From contig NW_014040269.1 in the NCBI RefSeq assembly GCF_001186125.1, positions 5,493 to 69,492 of the forward strand: a stretch of 64,000 nt of DNA. The letters are read 5' to 3'. The notes under the pieces are model-generated. The model had not been told where the DNA came from. It was given only the letters and a program-made list of their open reading frames with translations, and did not search any database. The translations under genes were made by a program, and so were the position numbers. This document shows, in pieces, positions 11,700 through 24,400 of the stretch; the first letter of the stretch is position 1; every line of letters begins with the position of its first letter. This stretch comes from Sphaeroforma arctica JP610. Taxonomy: Eukaryota.

Positions 11700-14264
11700 T
11701 ATGCTACTTGAGCTATTATTTCGTTATCAGGAAGCCAGTCTAGAACCTGGTCTACCTTTAATCCTCGTACTGCCTTCTATGCACTAAAGCTAGCTAACTT
11801 CAGGGTTCTAAATCCCATAAACAACTTGTGTTCCTCTTCGTCCATGTCTTCTCTAAGTACCTTCATATGCGACGAATGTAGAGGATTCCACCTAGACCTG
11901 TTAATAGCGCATGAGAAGTCCTTGCTCTGATCGACAAATTCTCTTGCCAGTGTTATGGCATGTTGATTTGGATTGAATTTTCTGGATTTGGGTCTTTTGG
12001 ACCAACTACACTGACCATCAGTTGATCCCGGGTCCCCGATTTCTTGGATACGTTCCAGCACAGCTCGTATGTGCACGCAATTCGAATGATTGTGACATGG
12101 GCTCACTTTAAGAATATTTGTTTTTCCTTCTCCTTCATCAGTGGCAACACGTTTCTGTTTAACTAATGGCAATAAACAGTTCGCATCCTCAATGTTGTCC
12201 ATAAACCACGACTTTGTTGATTTATCCCTATTGATTATCGCTACGCATATAACGCTCATCTTGTCGTGCCGGTAGCTGCGCGAAACCTTGCTCCTTATGT
12301 ACATTAACATGCGATGCTTCCTCTGTGGATCGTCGTTCAGCTTCACATAGCCAGTTTCCAAGTCGACGATGAAACGATGCTCTTGTTCCTTAGTTTGTCG
12401 GCGTGTATAAGAAGCTTTACCTTCTATTACTAACAACTACCTTCTCGATGACATCTTGATTGTATGCATTAAACGTAATATCATTGCATGTATCACGCAG
12501 ATCTCGGTCGGCAGTCAGCCTAGTTGCGAGTAAAGCAGTAGGTACCTCCGGAATAGGCATTCTTTTAAGTGTTGTACTTGCTGTGTGCAAGTTGGTCGTT
12601 AGGTAATCCACCATCAACGATTTGGATCCGAATCGCTGAGGTATTACAATATCTCTTTGTATAGCATACTGGTGAAGTGCAGGCTTCAGCATGCAAGAAA
12701 ATGATGCTATATCGCTCTCTACGGATGTAGTAGACCACAATCGGTGCCAATCCAATACGCGGACTCCACACGCACTCGCACGGAGGAAAACGAATGTCAA
12801 ATATTCCAAGCCGGTAACTTTTTTGATCATACCAGTCTAATGTATAATGATCAAAAAATAAACACTCTTCCATAACACGGTCGGCTACACCGAGCCTATT
12901 TCTCGTCTTGCTGGAGTCAGTATACTGTATAGCTGATCTATCTCATATCCACTAGTTATTACATCTTCACCCCATATATCTATTAGGCCGTCAGCTACGT
13001 ACACACAGTGATTGACCATACAAGAACTGGTTGAAAAAATCAGAAACTTTGTTATATTCAAGTCCCTATATATCTCGTTCACCCTTTCAGGTGCTTTTCA
13101 CTTATACATGAACGCCGATTCGACAGTGAGTGGCCCTTCTACGTTTGCAAGCCAAGGGCAGAATGTCTGTACTGTCACACTAGTACGAATTCTATAATCG
13201 CTCTGAATTAGTAAAGCAGCCATGGGCACTGTATTGTCAAACCCGTATACAATTACAGCACGCAAGAACTGCATCTGATAAACCGTTAGGAATTTTAATT
13301 CCGACTCGTCGCTCTGTAACTCAGCCTTGTCGAATAGACTATTAACTCTTGCCCTCTTGCAATTACGTCTGTAAAACACATTGGCGATACCACTTATCTA
13401 TTTGTTGTCAAGTATAATACGATCGCACCCAATAACTATATAGTCTGCATCGTAAGCCAATATAAAATCTATTTGTCCCTGTAGCTGTAGCGCGAGCAGC
13501 TGTTGCTCTGCCTCCATCGGCGATACTATGTAGTCAATATCTTTATCAATGCACAAGAGCATCAGCATCTCCGCTACTTCAATATCAAAGAACGCTACAA
13601 CATCCTTACACGCTTTGGTGACGTCTAACCCTGGTGTATTTCTCTTGTTCTGAACGAATGTATGTATTGAAATATTAATCAGTATAATTATTCGAAGTAC
13701 ACACACACTACTACAAATTTACGAACAAAAAAAAATATGCATCAACTGCATGCATCAGACATGCATCAGATCAATATACAGCATTTTAACACGCTTTGGA
13801 GACGTCAACACCAGGATCATGTCTATATTGTTCAGAACAAATGTATTAAAAAGTATTCAGTATAGTTACGCGAGGCACACACACATTATTATAAACTTAC
13901 TAGCAATTTTTTTTGCATGCGTCAACTACATACAACACACCTTAATATATTCTCAGATTGGAGCCATCGCCTTTTCCCTGTTTTCAGCACGCTTGTCATT
14001 CGCTAGCTTACCTTTCACCCTATATCCATCAAATACTATCATCAGTCTTAATGTTCCTTGGCCATATGACTGCAATCGTTGGAAAGTTGCCCCGTACACC
14101 AAGTAATAAAGGTTGATAATTTTGGTCGAGAACAACTTCTGTAGCGTGTGTGTGCATGAAACTATGTGCAATATAGCTCGCGTCTATGCCTAAAACACCA
14201 ACCAAGTGTGACAGTGGTGTCTTCACTAATAATGGGCGGTTCAACTCAAGCAGGCCTGCGCCAT
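11700..14264 (-). pseudogene. Transposon accessory gene: XPG/FEN1/Exo1-family nuclease plus SAP-like and SWIM-like domains
   Basis: ATG at 14264. GLLELNRPLL...LGIDASYIAH; IVFDGYRVKGKLANDKRAENRE; putative GT-AG intron 13650-13940; IDYIVSPMEAEQQLLAL...GQIDFILAYDADYIVIG; LIQSDY; SAP-like LKPALHQYAIQRDI...SKSLMVDYL; SWIM-like C..CVHIRAVL...STDGQCSW..P. Confidence 0.78.
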
Positions 14265-14490
14265 TGCTTGTGGTTACTTATATGCGCGTACAAATGAACT
14301 ACTTATGTGTGCACATATACACATAAATATATTTTTCTTATCAGTATGTTACAGTCAATATTAACTATCAAATTATTGGCGCGCACTTCGCTATAGAATA
14401 ATTTTTAATTCCGGGACGGCTCAGACGGGCCAGACCCTGTTTATTAATTCAGTGGGTGAAGTGCTATATTTTCATCTCTTTTGTCTAATA

Positions 14491-15112
14491 CGACACCCGT
14501 CACTATAAAATTATTAACGCCCGAGCCCTAGTATTCCTATGTATATGCCTATATGGTGAATTTGTTTTGAATTTATGTTCTAAAAATACAATTGCGGTTA
14601 ATGAAATCACAGAATAGGACAAAATCCCTTGGACCTGAAATTTACAACAGAAGGGGACAAAACCAAATTCAACATTGTTGAACTACAGTGCAATTTGTGC
14701 AAACCAAACGATTATATTTTACATAGCCCTCTTTTCTTCTCTTGTGTTTTATGTATATTATAAGAAGGCTGTGGGCTATGAAACGAGGTGTTTTTTAATA
14801 ATATTCAGAACTTCAGAAGTATGGATCCACGAATTCATGCTCACACAGGTTTAACAGAACATTGGCTCTCTCTAGCTAGTCTGAGGCGTTGTTTTGTATT
14901 TCAGGTGACATGTGTAGATTATGTACCGAAAACTGATACTTGAGTGTTGTAATAACTTGTATCGGTAATTTTTTTTGCGGTGTACATACTGAATAGTTCG
15001 GTACTTGTGGCCATACGTGGGCACATAAATATCAACCCTACCTTTGCGAACGGACCGGATGCGGTTTTGGACACGGGCTCGGGTGATAATAATTTTATAG
15101 TGACAGGTGTCG
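14491..15112. mobile_element. Tc1/mariner-type MITE
   Basis: 38-bp TIRs CGACACCCGTCACTATAAAATTATTAACGCCCGAGCCC / GGGCTCGGGTGATAATAATTTTATAGTGACAGGTGTCG, flanked by TA on both sides. Confidence 0.8.
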
Positions 15113-15149
15113 TATAGGCTAGGTCATGTATGTACATCTTTTGAATGTC

Positions 15150-15480
15150 CCTTTTCCCCCGCACAGGGGGGTATAAGAGTGCTGTGATGGGGGTGAGCCT
15201 ATGAGAGTGTGAGGTATATTTATTTTAAAATTTGCATAGTATTTTTAGATAAGCTCGAAATTTGAAAATTTGAAAATTTGTTGATCAATAAAAAGTGTGT
15301 TCAAAGAAGTGTGATTCTATTGTGGCTTCGAAAACCCTGTCAGTTGGCAACAATTGTTTAATGTTTCTGATTTTCTGCGACAGATATTTTCAATTTTTTC
15401 CCCGCAGGGGTATAAGGATACACTCATTACATTGTGATGGGTGTGGGACTGTGGGGTATATGTTCAAATTTGCATAGTTG
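15150..15480. repeat. Degenerate repeat, unit about 240 bp, whose sub-block recurs at 20750-20882
   Basis: TTTTCCCC-GCA-GGGGTATAAG...AAATTTGCATAGT at about 15152 and 15397. AAGCTCGAA...GTCAGTTGGCAA...TTTCTGATTTT-TGCGACA at about 15250 and 20750. Confidence 0.65.
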
Positions 15481-15601
15481 TAAAGCCAACTGGTCGTGAC
15501 ACGAAAGTACAAGGGTTTGAGAAAACTAAGATTTATTTGCCTTTGGTTGGTCCCAAGCTCTACAGTTGAAAAGTGAGCTTGGGAGAACCAAACCTTCGTA
15601 T

Positions 15602-18600
15602 TGATATCGGAGCAAACGCAAAGCCCGTTGGATTCGTCAAGATAGTTGGCCCGCGCAAATATCCAACTGCCACGTTTGCGATTTTTCCAAGTTAATACCA
15701 TTATAGGTACACAACAGCAGTAGGTCGTGGGTTAAGTATACCTGTTGGGGGACTCATAGTACCAAGTGACTGCCAAAAAGAAATAGGAATAGGGAAATAT
15801 TTGTCCGGTGGACGGGGAACACTAGATATAAGGCCAGCAATAGTATAAGGCCATGAGGAGGCATGCCAAGTAACTGGTGCTCATTTTTTAGAAATGTGTC
15901 CGGCGCATGTGGAATAACAATAGGCATAGCTATTAGCGAATGGAAGGAGAAAGGAAGCTATGAACATGAAGCCCAATGTGGCAAGATAGCGATAGCCTTA
16001 CAGTAGCGAGTAGCTAGGAAACGGCGGAAGAACTGGTGGTAAATGGGCCACGGTGGGTTAACTAATACGAAAGAACCCGTAAGGTTGAATTATTCAGCTC
16101 GGCAACGTTCGGTACCCCCCAATGCTGCACAATAACGGGGAAGATGATGACATGTGGAACTCGCATAGAGATCAACATCAGACACCACCCATTTCTTGAA
16201 GAAGAGGGAAATCCATGCGGGATTGATCATCAACTCACCTGAATATGCATGAGGGTGAGGAGATAGAGTTGCAACTAGCGAAGGATGCGGCGGAATCTCA
16301 TCCACCGGGCCCCAAGTAACATGTTTATGAACAAAAAGCATTCTGGGGTCCAATTGCGCAGGCTGGCGGGAAAGCCTATCTGCTACGTAATTCCATTTAC
16401 CGGGTATGTGACGGATATCCACGCGATGGTGGCGGATTTTCTCCACGAGACGCTTAAGGCGATCACCACGAGCAGTCTTAAGGAAAGAGAAATTAACATG
16501 GAAGAAAGTAAGCACATTAAGGTGATCCGTCCAGACAGTTAGGGCATGATAATTGGCAGTAATAGTCATCTCCTCCTTATCAACAGCATAAGCAATAGCC
16601 ATAATTTATAGGTCACAAATATGATAACGACGTTGGGCCGCATTCAATTTGGTACCTCGGTATGAGAATGGAAAAAGACGGTCGATGCCATTAATACAAA
16701 AACCGTCAACACGAGGGTCAACCACCTGAGATTAATCAGTAACCACGGTGGAATGGCAAGAGTATGTACTTGCAGGAGCCAGGAAAAGTTTCTCCCGCTC
16801 AGAAAGTGTTTCTTGCTGGGTTTACCTGACTCGTTTATGGGCCGGGAGTGTAAAATCAGGGGTCGTAGGGAAGGGGAAGGAACACTTCTGAGACGAAAGG
16901 CTACCGAGAGGTCGTTGCTGTGGCAGTGGGGTAGGGGTACGTTGGGCAGCAAGGCGGCGCTTTTGGCGGGATAGGCTTTTGTCTAAGGCAGCAGCAGCAG
17001 TATTGAGTCGCTTAGAACTCAAGGGTTGAACCCAATCCTTTGGGAAAGGTGCAGGCAACTCACCCTGACGAGGAATCCAGACAAAAAGTCCACAACCAAT
17101 GCCAATGGGGCATGCGTCAACAAACATGTGGAGATAATGGGCAGGGTCAGGGGAAACTAACATAATGGTACCTTGAATAGCCTCGTTAATCATCGTATTC
17201 GCAGCATGACAATCTGCAGAATAATGAAAACGTGTATTCTTAGACGTTAAGTCCGTCAATGGGCCATCATAATGGCCAAATTGGGGATATATTGAGACCA
17301 CCAATTGAGAGTGGCACAAAACACTTCGACTTTGTCCTTGGTTTTTGGTTGGGGCATAGAAACAATATCATTGGCGGTATTCTGTAATTGATGTATAATT
17401 ATGGATAGTTTGGCGACCATAAAATATTTTGGTACTTCCCTAAGGAGCATTGAAAGACACTTGGAAGCCCCCGTAAACGGATTTTCATTTTAACACAAAT
17501 ACGCGCATACGCAAGCTTATCATTCCAGTGCTGAGAAATTGCCTCGCGGCTATAGTGGGCCTTGGCGCCGTCATCGACAAAGTGCTTGAGGGCTTGGCGG
17601 AGGGCAGCAAATAAACCATCCACAAAGGCTTGCAAATCAACGGTCATCATTTTCACCCCGAAGACTCCATTGACAGGTTGCCAAACATCACCTGTAGACG
17701 TTATCCAGATAAGATACCGACGAGAGCGCTTTGTGCAACGCAATTGGTTAAAGCTGCATGCCATATACATTGTAGAAACAATGTCACCCCGCCGGATATG
17801 ATCTAAACATTCCTGCCCAGTAAGGCATGGGGTAGGAAACAACGTCAAAATTTTCATTGTTAACCTTATAATTTTGGCAATAGCGAACATCCTTGATAAT
17901 CTTAGGCTTCACACGGGGGTTCTTTCGTGCCAAAACAGCACTAGACATATAGGGTGAGAAATAATCTCCAGGTTCTATGACACCGCGAGCGTAGTCACGG
18001 GCGCATATCTCTTGTTCTCATTGTATATACTGTGGGTTCTTGAGCTTGTATATGATACGCTTAGGCCTGGCATTTGCCTTGATTTTTATATCGACCTCAT
18101 AATCACGGATAGTATTGTGATTGGATTCGTCGTAACGAATGCTATTGAACAAATCTTTGAACTCTTTGACCTGTTGTAGTGTTTTGTTCAAATAAAGAGC
18201 AGTAGCATTAACTCCCATCCCAGTTGTATTCCTCAAGGGTACCCGGAGAATCACGGCAACGGCGTTTGAATTCAACAACAGCAGCCTCATCAATAAGAGC
18301 TGGTACCAAGAGGCCAATATAAGGGTTAGACGGAGACGCCAAAGAAGATGGAGACGCAGACTGAATGACAGGTGCACGTTCTGAACTGAAGGCCAAATGT
18401 GGGTTGTTCGGTAGATTTTTTCCAGTAGGGTTTAGGGTTTTTGGTGCGCAAGAGAATATATCTCTGAGTAATGAAGCTTAATAAAAAGTCGCATCCATTA
18501 GGAATTTCATCAGAAAGGTAGAAAACAGAGTCCTTTGTTTCAAAATAACTCGTTTGGGAAGCATTAGTAAATATCTGTATAAGCACAGAGATATCAGTTT

Positions 18601-20743
18601 GTTGAGTAGGGGGTTGAAGCGTAACACCTCCGAACGGCTTCATTAATACATGCTCGATGTTCTGGATTTTCAGACCCTCAGATATTGCCAACTGTTTATT
18701 GACGAGATTTGGTATAGCGCTATCATTCACATAGTATAACACACAAGAAGAGACGAAGTAAGCAGGAACCACCGGGCCCACGCAATATCAATCGGCGCGG
18801 ATATTTAGGGTACCAGAGAAATTGTTATATGGGCGGGCATTGGGCAACTTGGTGACCAGGTTTGTAGCAGTTGTAGCACACATTCTCACCGTCAGCGTTT
18901 TGCCTGGAGTAACAGGGTTAGCTGTAGGTGTGCGGGAGCGTGCGGGGCGCACATCTTGGGACTGGGAGCGACCATGATTATCATTGAACGCAGGTGTAGT
19001 AGACTGGGAGCGGGAACCAACGCCAGAATCATTGCGTGAAGAGCTGGAATCATAATCGTCAGAACGGCCGTGTCGAGGACGAGAAATACCGGCACGGTCG
19101 CCATGAGAGTCAGAGTCACGACGGTTGCCACGGCCATTAACATACCCTCGGTCGCGACTGTCATGATCGACACGATCACGGTTGCGATCTGCACGATGGG
19201 TGTCATCACCACGGCGAGTGTTACCGCCAGCATTGTTCCGACCAGCACGACCTTGATCACGGGTAGTGGGGCGTCCTCGGTCTCTCTCACGAAGGCGTTT
19301 AATTGCTCGTGGTTCCGGAGGGTAATTGGAATACTTTCGAACAAACGATTCCTCCAGGATTGCAACACCGATAGAGCACCCTGCCTGCTGGTTATGAAAC
19401 CCAATGAAGAAAGCATTTTCCAAATTCTCCAACCAAATCTGGAAGAATTCAGCGATACGCTGATGAAAATTATCCAGGTAACGTTCAATCAGAGTGGAAT
19501 CGTGGCGTAGCACGTGGTAAAGGCGATCCATGTAAAAAGGGTCACTGGTCAACGGCAGGAGTAAAGCGTGGACAGAACGACGGTCCTGGCTAGCACCCTT
19601 ATGGAGATTCTCCAACAACATGTCGTTGATAATGAACTCATTTTGAGTAGACAGCTTGGGGGCAGTACGCTTCCATGCTTTCGTATAAGGGGTCACGATG
19701 GTAGAGCTCGGGGCGCTCAGGGACCCATGTTTTGAGGGATTCCTCGTACACGAAACCGTCGCCCCAGTCCTTAATCTCACCATTCTCATCGAAGGCCCTC
19801 AGCAGCACGTAACATCCAGCGGCTGATTTAGGAGGAATATTATCCTTCTCGTCATCAGATTCGTCTTCAGTTTCACGCTGTTGACGCTGTTCATTCTCCT
19901 TAGCTTTGACAGCCTGCTCCTAAGCACGCTGAGCTGCCCGCTCAACTTTCTGTTCGTCCGTAAGGTTGGTTTCCTCATCAACTTGGGCATTCTTATCTTC
20001 AATACTCCTGACCAATTCTTTAATTTTAGCCTGGGCACGTAAGAGTTCAACACGTAATTCCAAGGCAGACATCTGTGGGGCCTGTGTCTCCAAGTAAGCC
20101 TTAGCTCTCAGGGGTACACGGTTGGTTAATCCTTGGTGCACGTAAGCACCTTGGATTTCTTCCAGATCACGGTAAGCGAGCATATGAATTCACGCAGCCA
20201 ACAGATCCGGTAATAAGGGAGCCCCTTATCGGGTCCTTTGAGGGAAGCCGCGATTTAGAAAATACGGGATTCCTGCCCCATCTTGAAGAATAGGTGGCGC
20301 ATAGGTCCAAATTCCCGCAACACGTAAGCAATCAATTAAATCGCCGTTGTGGAAGGGGTAATGAACAGGTCAATCAAATGCCAATAGGAAGTGTCCAAAT
20401 ACTTCATTAAGGCATTGATCTTGGCACTCCGTCCGGAAGAAGTAGACGTATCATCCAAGCTACGGAAAGGTTTCTGTACAATCTAATTTTGAATTTTGCG
20501 TACCCAAGGCACAATAGGGCGATCGAGGTCGAAACGCAGCAGATAAGGCTCGTCATTGTCTTTCTGGGCATTGCCCTTGCCGTTGTTCTTTGGCATTGTT
20601 GATAAGAAAGCACACTCTACGTAACAGGAGAGCAAACGCAAAGCCCGTTGGATTGGTCAAGGCTGTTGGCCCGCGCAAATATCCAACTGCCACGTTGGCG
20701 GGGTTTCTAAGGTGTCACTGGTTTAGGACCACCAGGTTTTACA
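15602..20743 (-). mobile_element. Gypsy-like LTR retrotransposon 2 (degenerate): gag-PR-RT-RH-Dam MTase, no integrase visible
   Basis: About 80-bp direct repeat at 15610-15692 and 20630-20711. Zinc knuckle CYNCYKPGHQVAQC (about 18838-18880), RT HFVDDG, RNase H MFVDACPIGIGCGL, WTDH and RHIPGKWNYVADRLSR. Confidence 0.82.
15850..16230 (-). pseudogene. Dam-type adenine methyltransferase domain of element 2
   Basis: INPAWISLFF...DVDLYASSTCHHLPRY...* FNLTGSFVLVNPPWPIYHQFF...AIAILPHW...* ...PIVIPHAPDTFL, in one frame through two stops. NPPW at 16048-16059. Confidence 0.8.
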
Positions 20744-20899
20744 TAGTGGACAAGCTCGAAGATTGAACATATGACCAATGAAAAGTGCGTTTAAGAAATG
20801 TGATTTTATTGGCTGCGAAAAACCCGGTCAGTTGGCAATTGTATAGCGTTTCTGATTTTTTGCGACACAAATTTCAATTTTTGTGTTTTGTGTTCAGCT

Positions 20900-21330
20900 G
20901 GACAATCTACCAAACGTGATGATTCTACCAAACGTGTATTTTTTAAAAAAATAATAAAATTGTGTCCCTGTCGCATTGTTGGGAAAGATTAGTGAAAACC
21001 GTCAGTTCCATTTGCCGGAACTATGAATATCAGTTCGTTACAAAATCAGCTGGAAAGATGATTCTACCGAAAAGACAACTCTCGTGTATTAATTTTTACT
21101 TTTATTGTGTCCCTGTCGCATTGATGGGAAATATTAGTGAAAATCGTCAGTTACATTTGCCGGAACTTTGAATAACAGTTCGTCACAAAATCAGCTGGAA
21201 AGATGATTCTACCGAAAAACAACTCTCGTGTATTTAATAATTTTTTTATTGTGTCCCTCGTCGCATTGATGGGAAAGATTAGTGAAAACCGTCAGTTCCA
21301 TTTGCTGGAACTTTGAATACCAGTTCGGGA
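20900..21330. repeat. Tandem repeat, unit about 145 bp, about 3 copies
   Basis: TTGTGTCCCT-GTCGCATTG-TGGGAAA-ATTAGTGAAAA-CGTCAGTT-CATTTGC-GGAACT at about 20960, 21105 and 21249. Confidence 0.9.
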
Positions 21331-21456
21331 CAATAAATGCATGGCCCTCTGGATTTGGGCCTCGAGCAGAAATCAGGTTTCTTCCGACGACAATCGTAAC
21401 TTTTGGCAGATCCAAAGCAACCCAAATCCAGAGCGCCATGGCAGATTACATAGCCG

Positions 21457-24400
21457 TTTTAGGACAAACCTAGTTTGTCCACTTTTAGGTCTTAAACCTC
21501 AACCGAGTTTTGTTCCCGACTGCCACGCGACTATTGAACGGTCCATGTGCAGCAGAATATTCTGTTCATTATATGTAAGTTTTTCATCTTGTAATAAAAG
21601 TTTAGTTACTAAGAAACATCTGAAGGATAGGTATATATAGGTTATGGGCCTTTTATTGACTTACATATCCGTTCACTAATCTACGATGCTTTCTAGCTGA
21701 CCCAAAATCCCAACCATCTCTTGGTCGATCCTGACTGGATTACTGATCTTGATATGGCATCTACGGCCACCAGTACAAATGATCTTTCTCCTATTCTTCA
21801 CTACACCCCTCCTACTGAGGTAGTTACTGAAACCTAAAGGAATGGACACCTGCCCAGACGGCCTCCATGAAAGAGCTCTTTATAGATGGTCTTTCTGACG
21901 TCGACAAGTACCATACTCAGAACGTCTATCTCATGTCCTTTAAGAATCGCGATGGCATTACCATTTACCATATGCTAGAGTATCTTGAGAAGCTGCATGC
22001 GACGCCTTCGCTCTCCTCCAATGACGAAGCGATCCCAGGCGTTGCACGAACTACACCAGCCGCTTAACTAACAATCCAGGATGTTGTACGGATGATAAAT
22101 GAACTTAAGACAGCCACCTAAAAGCCTAACAATCGTCAAATGCTCTGTTTTGTGTGTCAGAAGTCGACACACGTCTCCTCTCTTTGTCCTAAGGCCTGCG
22201 GTCGTTGTGGCGACATGACCCACAACAGTAGATCCTGTACCGCACAGTCCCTGAAATGCACACAATGTTCAAAGAAAAAACATTTAGCGATTGTGTGCTC
22301 AAAACGTAATAAACATCATTTTCCCTATCCTGGCATCTCTACCATTGCACGCATAACAATACCCACTATTTGTAAAGCTACGCAATCTTCTCTATACATA
22401 ACACTGACTCACTACTTGTTGACGGAGGCGCCACAGTAAATTATATGCACTGCTTAGCACGGAAAATACTCACAAACATAGAAACGGGTAAATTTCTTTT
22501 ACGGCTGGCCGATAACAGCATTAAATACATCACTGTCCGCGGGCACATGACCTCAACTAGGCTCTACATACCTGGATCCAGATCTTACCCAAGGACTCTT
22601 CGCCCAAAACAATCTACAAGATTGTGGTTTAACCGTAAAGTTTACCGGCGATAGCCAAGAATGCTACCTTGGACTCCGCACGTCCTCCATTACGCTACTA
22701 CCAACTTCAAGTGGCTACTATGTCTCCTACGACTCACTACAACAACTATTCTCTCCTCCGAAGGCCTCACTTCTGACTACTTCACGTCCACTTTCTACCC
22801 TGCCCACCACCCGCGCCCCTCTACTGGCTAATCCATCTCACAATCCTACTGTCTTTCTCCCACCGTCTAACGTAGCTACGATAACGGCCAGCAACTCAGC
22901 GTCACCTACCAATTTATCTAGCATCACACCTAACCCTACCAATTTATCTAGCATCACACCTAACCCAACGCAACCTTCCCCCCCTCCAACAACATTAACT
23001 TCTCTTCCAGAAACTACCCACCCTCAATCTTCAACAACACGTACACCACACACTACTATGACATCGCAATCGCAGAGTCACTCTCCGTATGGCAAAGTAT
23101 TGAGAATATAACACTCACACATCCTTCCCCTCTTAACGTCACGACAGATAAGTGGGTGTTCAACTCCGAACTTCTTAAGGCGGCACTAGACTTCTTAGGG
23201 GATACACCTATACTTGACATATGTGCTTCTAAAGTCACTGCCTAATTTCCCCGATACGTGTCACCAGAAGGTGGTGGTATAGTATAGCCCTCGACTGGTC
23301 CGATATAGATCTCCTCCAGGAACTGGCATATGTTTGTCCACCATGGTCACTCATCAAGGACACACTCGCAGCAAATACAAAGGCAGCTAGTACATTAGTT
23401 CTTGTCGCACCCCTTCGCCCTGCAGCTCCTTGGTGGCCGGCACTCCTCTAGCACATCTACAAAGTCAACCCTTTATAGTTCAGAACACGGCGACTTGGTA
23501 CCTCTTCGGCTGGTAAACCCAGGTTGTGATCTCAACCTGGCTATTGCCTATGCGAAGGCTAACCCAGAATTTCCATAACATTGTAACACATGTATTGAGG
23601 GCAAACTTAAAGCTACCAATGTCCCCCATCAATCTACTTACACAATCTATGGACCCGGCGAGAGGTTCCACACTGACCTCCAGGGGCCCACTCCCACCAA
23701 GTCGATATGAAAATATCTACATTATGAATATGTTTGATGCAAGTACGCGTTACGGTCTTCACAAAGCCATCGCTAACGAGCAAACCATGTTTAATAATGA
23801 TAATCAATTACTTACGGACGTCCCAGCCTTCTGGGTACCGGACACTCTTACGGCCGATAACGACACGCCGCATACAACTCAGACGTCCGCCACCTTACTC
23901 TCCATCGCAGAATGCCAAAGTCAAACGTCCACATGACACACTGAACGGTTTGATTCGATTACTACTTATTGACTCCGGGATGCCCCCGTCCTGCCTGGGA
24001 AGATGCTCTCCTCTGGGCAGGCGATATTCGTCACGGGACTCTCGGAGAAAACGACAAGCTCCGCACTCCCGCACAAACATTTCTCCAAGAGGCTCACGCA
24101 CGCGATCCCAAAGCTCGGTTCGGCTGTGTAGTTATGTTTTAACTCCGCGGAAAAGCTGCCACACGCGCCACGAAGCATGAACCACAAGTGGGTTTTGGCG
24201 TCTTGCTCGGTCGTAGTTTTAACTCTACCCCCTACTGTTACCGAATACAGAAATTCGCTACGCAGCGGCAAATCGATACCCAAGATGTTCAATTTATTGC
24301 GGAAGAAAACGCACAGTGGTCTCCCGATGGGCGTACTGCCACCCTCTCCACGACTACTAGCTCGTATAATATACATCCTGACTGGTCCCTAACGAACAAG

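Larger units (their letters stand above)
2220..14459. mobile_element. ISL2EU/Harbinger-superfamily DNA transposon (degenerate), with Gypsy element 1 nested inside
   Basis: Inverted repeats at 2220-2298 and 14371-14459 (TCACCCACTGAATT...GCCGTCCCGGAATTAA...TTCTATAGCGAAGT-CGCGCCAA). They bracket a convergent DDE transposase and nuclease gene pair. Exact termini and TSD not resolved. Confidence 0.6.

Noticed and set aside
15250..20882. Permuted repeats around element 2 as Ngaro/PAT-style split direct repeats
   Set aside because: No tyrosine recombinase is present. Insertion of an LTR element into a pre-existing degenerate tandem repeat is simpler, though not proven.
20900..21330. Regularly spaced repeats as a CRISPR or regulatory array
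   Set aside because: The whole unit of about 145 bp is repeated, so it is a simple tandem duplication.
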